Of a DNA stretch of 64,000 nt, positions 52,027 to 64,000 are shown in pieces. Source of the DNA: Blasia pusilla (lineage: Eukaryota); NCBI GenBank assembly GCA_050084515.1, contig CM114271.1, positions 14,260,001 to 14,324,000 of the forward strand, read 5' to 3'. The notes below the pieces were generated by a model, which was not told the origin of the DNA, ran no database searches, and was given only the letters and a program-made list of their open reading frames with translations. The translations under genes and the position numbers were made by a program. The first letter of the stretch is position 1; every line of letters starts with the position of its first letter.

Positions 52027-55000
52027 GTTAGCAAATTTCGAAGAGGAAATTGTGATATAAAGTGCGAAATGAGTGGAAAGGGACAAAGATTTGTGAATAA
52101 GCCATGGTAAATTATGATTATAACATCTGGCTCACTGTATGTGAATACGAACTCTCCTAGTAGCAAGTTAGGCTAGAAGGTAGAAAGAGAAGGTATTTCC
52201 TGCGAAAACCGGGAGCAGTCAAGCTTAGAAAGTCGGGCATAGATTCAGCGTTTGCGTCACAAGCGCAACACTAGGTGCCGAATGAAGGCGAAGTGGACAT
52301 TGATTAGTGTTGAAAACCATTACTGGTTCAGGCTGAGAAATTTGGCCTAATTCCTGGGGGTATCCTACTGTACGGGGAGAAAGTAAAGGGCAAACGGAAT
52401 ATTGGTTTGTGCTTTCTATATGATCATTTCAGTTTAGCAGTGTTGGTGTAAATTTATTTGGATCGGCCCGTGTAAGTGGGAGAGATGAGCGTTATCACCT
52501 CGGAAAGTGCTACCAGTATCTCATCGCAGGTGCGTACGCAGCTTTTGTCAGTCGGCCGTCCTCAAGACATGAAGGGACAAAGAATCCCATCGCACGTCCA
52601 GAAGTACGTATTTGGAAGTTATTGTTCGTTTCCTCGTTCATACAAAAGTGGTTGACGTTACATGTTGTGCGGAAGTCCCAACATCGATTTATTTGGAGTT
52701 TATCAAATTAATCCGGTCGTGTAGGGATCCACAAAGATTTCACGGACCAGTTCCTCCTCTTTTCTTATGACTGCAAAACCTGCAATGAATCTTATCGTTT
52801 CTTACAGACCTGCAAATCCTGCAATGAATTCCTCTGCTGATTAATATTGCTTGAAATCGAGAGTATTAGCCACTAGCAGTGCACCCTCAACAGGTGCGTT
52901 TGACTCCAACGTCCTTGGGTTCAATGCAAACACCACATCGCCCTCAACCACGGATAATCCTGGTGGCCACGAAGCTACTGGGATGAAGGGAGGAACCGCG
53001 GATAGAGGTCACTTGATAGTCGTACGGTTCTCCCTTTGTTTCTTCAGTTGTGCAAAGAGTACCACTCGATGTGCTGCGGTCGACGTCCTGTCCAAGTTGA
53101 TGAGCCAGCTTACAAGTGCTGACATCCTCCATTAAGTGAATGCTCTGGACTGAAATGTTTGAACGTCTCGTTGACATGTTTCGCAAAAATTAGAAGCGTA
53201 AGAAAACATCTCTTTCAGCACAGCAGCGATAGGGAACAGGCGTTGTCTGGGAAACAGAATAATACGCAGGACCTTCGGTAGTCAACTCTTGTATTTGAAA
53301 AGTTTCTCCTCACAGTACTACAGGCGTTATGGCGTACACCTGTAAAATTTCCAGCTATCTACATATGGTGGCCAAGAGCACCACGATTGCTGCGCGGATA
53401 ACTTACGCGTCACTTCAAGCCAGACAGAGAGGGAGACCCACAGAATAACTCGACAAATAACTTGAGCTGGTTAGACACACGCCTCTTCTCTTGTACAAAA
53501 GGACATACTCAGCAGACGGAACAGCGCTCTCCGTTCTACGAAAAGAGTATTGAGCTTCCTCCTCTCCGACAGCCTTCAAAATGTATAAATAAGCATATAC
53601 GCTTACGATCCCCTGATCAATTATGCTAGCACTCCATCACCGCCTACAATAATTCTTCGAGATGTTTCTTTCCTTTGGATCGCCTGCTGCGGCAACGGAA
53701 TCTCCAATCGCGCGTGAACCACGTAACAGCGTGGAACCAGCAGTAACGGGAGGGAGAGAACGATACTTTGTCCTCCCGTACCTCCGACTCCTCCTGCTAC
53801 CTCCTCTCGCATCCACTCTCGCTCGCGCAAAAACGCAAGAACACTCCACGGAAACTACACCGCGAAGGGCACACGGAATCGAAATCGTGCAACTTCACAA
53901 ACGCCAGCGACAACTTGGATCAGTAATCGCGCCACTCGTTGCAGCTTAAAGGTGAACTCGCGCAACCACAAAAGCCCGCAAAACTGTCTTCAAGACCGCC
54001 ATGGAAGGCTCGCCATCAGGCACACGCTCCGCCACAAATCGACGCACCGACGCGGTCGAAAGCACCACGCGCAACAGACGCAGGCGCGCCTGAAGCTCCT
54101 GAGAGACGGAAGGATTGGGACTAAGAGGGCAGAGGAAGGAACGAATGCTGCCTCTCTCTCACGCTCCGTCTGTCTTCTCTCCCTCTCGTCGTCGTCTTCC
54201 AGCACAGCAAAGGAGCAGTTACGAAGGCATCTGATAGGCGAGCCCCTTTGTCTGGTCCTTGCTTTTACTCGCTGGGTCTAGGGCCTCTACGTCCGCAGGT
54301 TCGCTGTAACTTCTAGAACTTCTGCAGTGCATCCATCGCCCTCACAAACTTTTCATGTTTTCACGTCTTCTTCTCTCGTATATCCGTCGTGTTGGTTGGT
54401 ATGGGGTGGGTATTTATTTATTTACTTATTTCTAAAAAACAATTTCAGTTTTCGTTTGCTCGTTTGAAATTGAGCGTCATAACGAGATGTAGCCACTGAT
54501 ATTTAACCACTATTTAATCGAGAGAGGCTCCTCTTGTAGTAAGAGTAAAATTTTCAACGAGTTCTCACAAATGCATTTCTTTATTATTTTGTATATACTA
54601 GAGTGGTGGTGGTGCCCGAGCACCACTTCGAAAGCGGTAATATCTGTATTATAATTTGAGGAGCGTTTTTAAATGGCGACAACTTCAAAATTAGACACGT
54701 GTTTTTTTAGCTATGGAAATTATGCACGTGGCACTTTTCTTTTTAAACGGGCACGTGTAATTACAAGTCTGGATGCGTATATATGTATAGGACGGTGCAT
54801 TGCGCAATCCCTCACGGGTCTATACTAGTATGTATATATGAGTACATATCTATCACCCCTCTCTACTTCGCCTCCCTCCCTTTGGGCAGTTTGTTCCAAT
54901 CTTGCCTGGCCCTTTTTGTCCTCTTTGTTACTTTTGTCCCTTGAAAACCATTGCACCAACCAATTGAGTACAAAAATGTCACCATCTTTTGCGGATCGGA

Positions 55001-56706
55001 ACAGTAGAAGAGTTGGGTCGACTCTCCTTTGAGTCCCTAAAACTATGATCAAGGCCTCTACTTGTGCATGTGTTGCACAGATCTCTCTTCTTAGGCAGAG
55101 GTCCAAATTGACTCTGACGTCCTCAACCCCTCCTCCATTGAACTCCACAATATGCAATTGCTGTGGAACTCCAATCGACAATCCATCCTCCTTTCGCTTC
55201 TCTATCCAACCCCAAAAACTCTTCAACCTTTGGCAAGACATCCGCACAGATATTTGGTGTGTCGTCAAGAGACCATATGCCCCCCTCCTCTTGTGAATGT
55301 GGAATATGACGTTGCCATAGATATTTAGTGCTAGTTCTTGAAACATAAATAACTTGGAAATTAGAATTACCAAGGTTCCTAAAATTAATTCGCTAACCTA
55401 CCAAGGTCGTGAGTATATGCCAATTTGTGAAGACCTATTGCCTTGTCTTTCTACCATGGTAAACATCGTCCATCATCTCTTGCTCCGGGTAAATGCCATA
55501 ATGAATGTATTTTCACAAATCACACCATGTTAGACTTCTTCCCAATTATAAAGAAATAGAAAAAAAACCAAGAAATTAAAGGGGATATTTACTTACAAAG
55601 ATATCTCAGAATGCCTCAACTCCACCATCTCTAAAGTAGCGTGTTCCCTTTGATGTTATCAAAGATTTTTGCAACTCCACTGTTCACTAGTGATCCACTC
55701 TCCCTCATATAGGATGGACAATAGGTGCCAACTCCCATCCCAAGATTTTCCTCTAACTCGTAATGTCACATTTCCAGGGCACCAACATCACCAACACCCA
55801 TGCCTCTTGCTTGCAACCACACTCATGCGCTTTTGCCACTAGCAACCGTGCAACAATCATCACTTGATGACAACTCTTGGATGTGAAACAACTAATTATT
55901 ATCTACATCATGTCACCCAAGATGCTCCATATATTCTAGAAATCCCCTTAAAGAGACTATCGATAAGTGATCAAGGATATAGTCTACCCACATATTAATC
56001 ATTGGCAGATATACACTTCAAAATCTGGTGGAGAAACTTTTTGGCCTTGGGTGTGGTTGGAGCTCTAGAGAAACTCAAAATCAATGTCCAAAAATATATA
56101 TGGCTATAGACCCCAATCCAAATAAGTACAACTCAAAGTGATCTGTAACTTCTATCAATTGTTCCCTCACCAACACCGCAAGAGACTACATGATAAAATC
56201 ATATGGGAAACACACCACTTTCTCATAATACTCAACAACAATCGAGCCAAATCCACCCTCACCATGAGGGAGTCCAAGTCTCATGTGTGTCGACAACATA
56301 CCCTAGCCTATGCTTGGATGGCTCAACCATGGAAAGATAAGCCTTTCCAAGCCTTCCCTTGGGATATTCTCCTCCGAAGACCCTCTAAGGCTCCAAGAAG
56401 GTGACGTATGCACACAAATAACCTCCACCTACACAATAGGTTCCTAACAAATTGAAAACTTTCAAGAAGGTTCCAAGAAAGCTAACAATCTAGGCGATGA
56501 GATCATTAAGGGAGGTCAACATGTCACTCTTAGCCTCTCCACACTTAACTACATACATAGCTTCCCTATTAGGGCCTATTAATTACATACTTTTTTCAAC
56601 TAAAAATGGCATGCTACATCTATGATAATCTCCTAATCCTTAGCCGATAATCTCCTCCAAGACTAATTACATAACTCATTGTATCCATATGTTGAGCAAT
56701 AGCCAA

Positions 56707-56754
56707 ATTCTTAAATGCTATAGGCATAAATCCGCGCCTATAGCATTTAAGAAT
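56707..56754. repeat. Perfect inverted repeat, 19-bp stem with 10-nt loop
   Basis: attcttaaatgctataggc-ataaatccgc-gcctatagcatttaagaat. Confidence 0.95.
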
Positions 56755-57027
56755 CTATGACCTCAGAGAACATGCTCACATCTGGATATTTGGGTTATCA
56801 AAGTTCATCATCTCTTCCATATCACATTTGAGATAACATCAAATAGTTGCAGGTAAGTTATAGTCTCTTCCAAAGAGCAAAATATACAAAAGATCTATGA
56901 CCTTAGAGAACATGCTCGCATCTGGATATTTGGGTTATCAAAGTTCATCATCTCTTCCATATCACATTTGAGATAACATCAAATAGTTGCAGGTAAGTTA
57001 TAGTCTCTTCCATAGAGCAAAATATAC
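56753..57027. repeat. Tandem duplication, 2 x 140 bp, nearly identical
   Basis: Unit atctatgacc...aatatac starts at 56753 and 56893. Confidence 0.95.
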
Positions 57028-57179
57028 GATGAAGATAATACCAATGATGCATGTCAACATAAGAGATATCGCGTATCCAACCATAGTAACTATAGGTCCC
57101 ACTCCTTCAAATATCCTCATTTTGAACCATACTTGTAAACATATTACTCTCTCCCCAAACCATTTGATATCATGTTTGT

Positions 57180-58250
57180 ATCATCTATGATTATGGTGGA
57201 CAAACGTGCTACCATCAAAGGTATTGAGGCTACCTTATGATGGTGTTCAAAGAGCATTGCTCTTGATAGTGTATGTTATCTTAGGTGGTGACCTATGATG
57301 ATAGACAACCATTGGCTATAGCCAAAATAGTGGAGGAGTTGAAGGCAACACTTCCTATATTGGTGAGCTTAAGGATTTCCGACATCCCATGTCTTTCATC
57401 ACACAGGATCAAGCATGATATGGGATGAACAGACTTAAGGATTGGAGGGACCGTTAACTAAGGAGTGAGAGTAAGCAATAGACATGAATAATAATAATAA
57501 AAATGGGTTTTTCTATAGGTATAGCAATGATGCAAGAGGCATTATAGAGACATGTGTTGGGTCAAGCAATTGACATGAACCGACTTGCTGAGTAGCAACC
57601 ATAGTCTTAGACTTTGTCTTTATGTAAGATCATGATGGAGACTTGGGAGCAATGCCATTTAGGTTTTGGATTGAAAATCAAAGAGAAGAGAGACAATAGA
57701 TAGATTGATTCTTAAGAGGACATGAGTTTTTTTTTCCTTTAGCATGAGATATTTAGGTACTTTTATTTGATGGGTCTTGATATTATATGGATAGAAGCTA
57801 TTATGCACACTCCATGCCCTGCAAATATAAGTCGATTTTGATCTTGTTCAATATACTTGATCAACCAAAAAGATACGCATTGGAGTATGTTGGGCTTGGG
57901 AGCTGTGCTTACTAAGAGAGATGATGAGGGAAGAGTTAATTATGGCTAATGCAAGCCAATCAAACAACATTATAGAGGTTGAGTAGATCTTGTACAAGGG
58001 AGAGTGCTCGGCTCAATTGGCTGCAGTATGGATCACATCACATTTTAGGTGTTTTTGTTGAAATTTGTTCTGGTAGTCCTTTCATGCTCACCATTGATCG
58101 CAAACCATTGAGGCGTTTATGTGAATCTACGAGGGATGAAGCCATCATGTTGGTTTGTGATAGTTTTTTTAAGAGGGTGGCATATGTTATGCTTGCCCTC
58201 CAAACTCTTTACGTAGCTCTCACGAGATGATGTATAAACGTTAGAAGTGT
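57180..58250 (+). mobile_element. Internally deleted fossil of the DNMT-carrying Gypsy family (DNMT motifs VIII-X, RT start, RNase H, PHD finger remnant)
   Basis: LWWTNVLPSKVL (57191) vs LWWTNLIPSEVL; DDRQPLAIA vs DDRPPLATA; HVLGQAIDMN (57551) vs QVLGQAMDLN; DTHWSMLGLGAVLTKRDDEGR (57872) vs HTDWSMLGLGAVITQRDDEER; PFMLTIDRKPLR vs PFTLITDHQPLR; then MLVCDS..RGWHMLCL. Confidence 0.88.
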
Positions 58251-59944
58251 ATACACAAGTGGATTACATTTGGTTAGATGTGTTGATTGCTTTGTGGAGT
58301 TGGGAGACCTAATTGATTCTTAGGGAGCAATTTTATAGTGTTGGTATATGTGTGTGAAACTATTTTGGTGTGTGTGTGGATCTACTCATTTGTTGGCAAG
58401 ATGGATGGACCCAACATGCCAACTCCATTCCATCGTACGCCATGATGAATCAAGACTCTAACACAAAAGCTCTTACCGGCCTACCAAACCCTAAAAGGAA
58501 GATTTCTCCATGGATTCCCTCTACTCATCTCTTATACCCTTGGGAAGAGCCAAAAGAGGCCTCTCCATAATTTTAACCCACATCAATAACCTACACTCAT
58601 AGGTTATTGGGTAACTGTTGACTTGGTGAACATGTTATCTGATTTAAAATATAAAACCAAGGAATTGTTCATAAATACTATTCCTAATGTAACAAAGTTG
58701 TAACCAATCTCATATGACCACTCATAATAAAGTTATGTCTAAATAGTTGGCTTACTCCCTACATTGTCGACATGGTAGAAACTACATGTCCAATCTCCTT
58801 GATCTCCCTACATATGGTCTTAACATTTATCTAGGTTATATTTACAATTTTCATGCCTTTTATAAAGAGGAGGCTATAGGGGCTTTGGAGGATACCTAAG
58901 GTTTGGTTTTATAAGCGATGCCTCATTGCTTGACTTAATTCGGGATTGAGAAAAGTTGCAAGGAAAAAAAATCCTTGATCTTTGACCTTCATCAATTTCT
59001 ATTGGAGATATCATGCATCGCCATCACCTTCATTATTATTGATGGTGATGCTCAATAAGCCTCTAGGCTGATGTTGCTATGTCTATGCACAAGGTACCAG
59101 TTTTAAAGGTGGTTGCGTATTTGCGTGAGTGAGTCACATGTGATTGTATACAATCATTTTGGTCCAAATTTAGCTCATTGACGTAGTTACTAGGTTAGTA
59201 TATTAGTAAATGGAATGTGATGCAACGTTATGGGGCAACCACAAAGACTTAATATTGGTGGAGGTATATGATAGGTGGTATATAGTGTGCAAAGGATTTA
59301 TATAATGTGGTATATAGTGCGCGAGACCTTATACAATGTGAGATCATTCCTAGCTATATCCAATTTCTTCGTTTTGCGCTAACATGGTAATGCCTAGAGG
59401 AATTATATATGCAAGGTTGCGAGTGGACTTATCCACCTCCGTAGACTTATGTCCATCCTAGGGACGAACTTGTCCATGCGGGAATTTTTTCCTGCATTTC
59501 CTGTTCCATACTCGATCTCAACCACTTTTTGTACCCCCATCAACTCGTCCCGACAACATGTATGTGTGCCCATGCCCATACTCTTTCCCGGCTTTTTATC
59601 CATGCACTCCACCACTGCCATCACTTGTCCCCATGTCTTGCCACAAGGGGGATGTTGGTTATTTTTTTCTTTTGTTGCTTCGCATCTTGTGCCCCCCACA
59701 CTTGTCACATCCCTGGCGCCCCACATCCCATACCCCGCAGCCATCCATATGCTCTTATGTCCCACAACCCATGCCTCACACCTATTTTGTGCACAATCAT
59801 AGCCCACGCTTTTGTAGGTGACCCAAGTTCTCTGAAAACTTGGGGGCAAGATGGCTTGTTTTTAGACTTGTCCATTTCTGTGCAACCCTGGAAGTATGTT
59901 AAGGATCAACACAAACAATTTCATTCATGTTGGGATGAGGTTTT

Positions 59945-60861
59945 GTCTTGATCCATGAGAAATTTTTTCATGCAAAACTTTGAGATATTGTATTTCTGCT
60001 TATTTAGCTTCTCGCTTGTGATTACTGTTTAGGAATACTCCATGACGAACGATTTCACTCACAAAAACTTTATTTCAGGCTCTCTACTACTCCAATTGAA
60101 GCATAGACCACTCCTACCCACAAATCAACCTGAAATTTGCCAAAATTGATCAAATGTATGAAAGAACTAGTCGAAATTGGCATGTAGAGCAAAGTGCACA
60201 ACTTTTCTTAACTACTTGCACTTTCCTACACTGAAATTCCTACTACAGGAGCTCAGAATGTTATAATTGAGCGATTTTGGGTGCGTTGGAAAGCTCTCAA
60301 CAAGCTCTATAAGATGACTAGAAGAAAGTTGTTCTAGCTGCTACGGACCTAGATGGTTAAATTGACCAGGAAAGCCCTAAAAAATACCTCCAAAGTTTTA
60401 TCACGGTCAAAGCTCCACATGAAATCTGCACCCACTGAGCTCTGAACAAAATTTCCTTCTCCCAAACTGAAGTTGTGCCTTCTCTTGCCTCTCTTATCTC
60501 CTCAAACACCAAGAATTTCAAGTGATGTTCTCCTATAGCTCAGATACCATGTGGAAACCTGCTAAAGAAGTATAATTGGTGGGAAACGACTCTCACACTC
60601 ACACACCACCATGGAGAAAGAAATTTGCAATGAGAGAATGAGTGCAGGATGGTCCCCTTTCAAATTATATAGGGTATGTACAAGAAACCCTAATCCTAAC
60701 CTTAGTCATTGTCTTGAGTTAGACTAATTGTGATTAACTAACCATAGTTAAGATAGTCGCGCTTAACTGACTAACCAAGATTAAGCTTCCCTACTTCGTG
60801 TGAGTACCAAATATAGCAGTTTAGGTGTCTCATGAGCTTGATTGTAACTCAATCTTCAATA
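59945..60861 (-). mobile_element. Truncated second Copia copy: 5' LTR (60550-60861), PBS, leader and start of gag
   Basis: Continuous DNA similarity to 32878-33798; PBS TGGTATCTGAGC at 60538-60549. Confidence 0.93.
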
Positions 60862-60910
60862 AATCAACCATAAACACATGAAACACTCAACTTTGTTTGC
60901 GTTTCATATG

Positions 60911-61990
<1,080 letters not shown>

Positions 61991-62821
61991 GTTATTTTGA
62001 TACTTCTTGCCTCTGTGTTTGGATGCCATGAGTTAGCATGGGATCGTGCGTGTTTGTTTATGTGTTCGGTGACAGAGATGTATGTTGTGTAGCGATATGT
62101 ATGCGCACGACACATATCGTGTGTCTCCTTCAAGAGACCTCTCCAACACGCAACCATCATAGCGTGAGACTACCAAAGTTCGGTTGTTCCATTTGGCGCT
62201 CGTTTGGGTAAGTGGGACGCAACACACATGATGGGTTGGGCCCCCGCGGCTAGGCCGTGTGCAGGCCTAGCCGTCTAGCGGTGGACCCAAGGTTGCACGG
62301 AAATGCAAAGTCCGGACGTGCCCGGCCCGCACCCGAGCCTGATGCCTAGATCCGAGATCCCACATCAATTGTGTGGCGCGTAAGGGGTACGGGTTCCGTT
62401 AGCCCTGGTCTACATGGCAGACTCTATGGAGGCTTGGGTACGGGCCACGAGTACTCGAGTACGGACACGGACTTTGTTCGTGTGCAACCGCGCGTGGGTT
62501 GTGGAGCTAGCCTTGGGCCCGACATCAATTGGGCACAGTCTTCAGCCCGCCCAACAGGAGCCAAATGCGCCCTACCTGCCAGGCAAGGGCTCATAGCCTG
62601 CACAAGATCCTTTCAACCACTACCCTTCTAAGCCTGCACCCATTCCCATATCCCAAGCCCACATGGGCAGTCGAGGTGCCAAAAAAATCCAAGCGGGCAA
62701 GGTTGCAGGGAAACGAATAAGTCTGCATGTGTGGGCTCGTTAGCATGAGCAAGCCTAGGGCCCGCCATACGCAGGGCTGAGCCCACCCAATGGGGGCCCA
62801 GCCTGCCACGTGGGGGCCTAG

Positions 62822-64000
62822 TGTAGAAAATTGCTAAAGAAGCATAATTGATTGGATACAACTCTCACACTCACACACCACCATGGAGAACAAAATTTTA
62901 CAATGAGAGAATGAGCGAAGGCTCGTCCCCTTCTCAATCATATAGGGTATGTATAAGCAATCCTAATCCTAATCCTTATCTTGATCCTAATCCTAATCCT
63001 AATCATAGTCTTGAGTTAGACTAACAGTGATTAACTAATCCTAGTTAAGATAATCATGCTTAACTGACTAACCAAGATTAAACTTCTTGTGAGTACCAAA
63101 TACAATAGTGCGGGTGTCCAATGAGCTTGACTTTAACTTATTCTTCAATACTCCCCCTCATGCTCATATCGATATTTCTAATACCTAAATTTTTTCTAGA
63201 CAACTCAAACTTATATGTAAACAATGCCTTGGTAAATATATCAACAATTTGCTGATATGTACCTATATGCACAAGATCAATTTCTCGTGGAAGCACTTTC
63301 TCTTTGATAAAATGATAGTGCACCTCCACATGTTTTGTTCGAGCATGAAACATAGGATTATTAGCAAGCTTGATGTTACTAATATTTTTTGCATATATTA
63401 CACTAGATCATAAGTTACTAACACCAATATCAACAAGTAATCAATGAAGCCACACCGCCTCACATGCTGCATTGGTTGCTCCTCTGTACTCAACCTCTAT
63501 TGAAGATATAGCAGTTGTAGATTGCTTCTATGAAGCCCAACTTATAATTGCGCTTCCCAAGGTAAATGAATAACCAGATGTGGAGTGTCTATCAGACACG
63601 CTTTTTGCCCAATCAGCATCTATGAATCACTATAATTGTAAACTCGAAGAAGGTTCAAATTGAAGCCCAAATTGAATAGAGAATTTCACATACCGCATAA
63701 TATTCTTCACATCATCAAGGTGAGGTTTTCGAGGTGCTTGTATAAATTGGCTCACTAGGCCAACTACAAAGCTCAAGTCTGGCCTGGTTATAGTCAGATA
63801 AATCAAATTTCCAACCATGAGCCAGTATGTATTAAAATCTGCAAGCAACTCTTCTTCATCCACTCTTAGCTTCACACTTTCGTCCAATGGTGTAGAGATT
63901 AGCTTACAAGCCGCCCTACCATATTTTGAAAGCATGTGAAGAGCATATTATCATTGTAACAACCACATGCTCTCTCTAGCTCTGATAAACTCAACACCAA
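62822..64000 (-). mobile_element. 3' end of a third Copia copy: 3' LTR (62822-63150), PPT, RNase H and RT remnants; continues beyond window
   Basis: Similar to 28961-30130; FHARTKHVEVHYHFIKE, LIYLTITRPDLSFVVGLVSQF. Confidence 0.95.

Noticed and set aside
54825-56700. Degenerate DNA-transposon or other coding remnant on the - strand
   Set aside because: Looks like decayed coding DNA but I could not identify any diagnostic motif.
62230-62820. GC-rich MITE candidate with short inverted motifs
   Set aside because: Termini and target duplication could not be defined; the right side abuts the Copia LTR.

Overview
Eukaryotic nuclear DNA from a land plant, most likely a non-seed lineage (inferred from the DUO1 sequence and gene style). 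Four spliced host genes sit among LTR-retrotransposon debris: an At2g02148-like gene (-), mitochondrial inner-membrane peptidase IMP1 (-), a four-finger RanBP2-type zinc-finger gene (+) and the male-germline R2R3-MYB DUO1 (-). The main finding is a decayed Ty3/Gypsy element (1 to ~6695) carrying a complete DNMT3-like C5 cytosine methyltransferase between its protease and reverse transcriptase. Two older fossils of the same family are also present: a gag remnant at ~7660-8700, and a DNMT-RNase H remnant at ~57180-58250 that ends in a degenerate PHD finger. Together they suggest a multi-copy family with the architecture Gag-PR-DNMT-RT-RH-INT-PHD. Also present: one full-length and two partial copies of a Ty1/Copia family, a probable solo LTR, a foldback element, perfect hairpins and small tandem duplications. 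All exon models and homologies were read by eye; no database searches were run.
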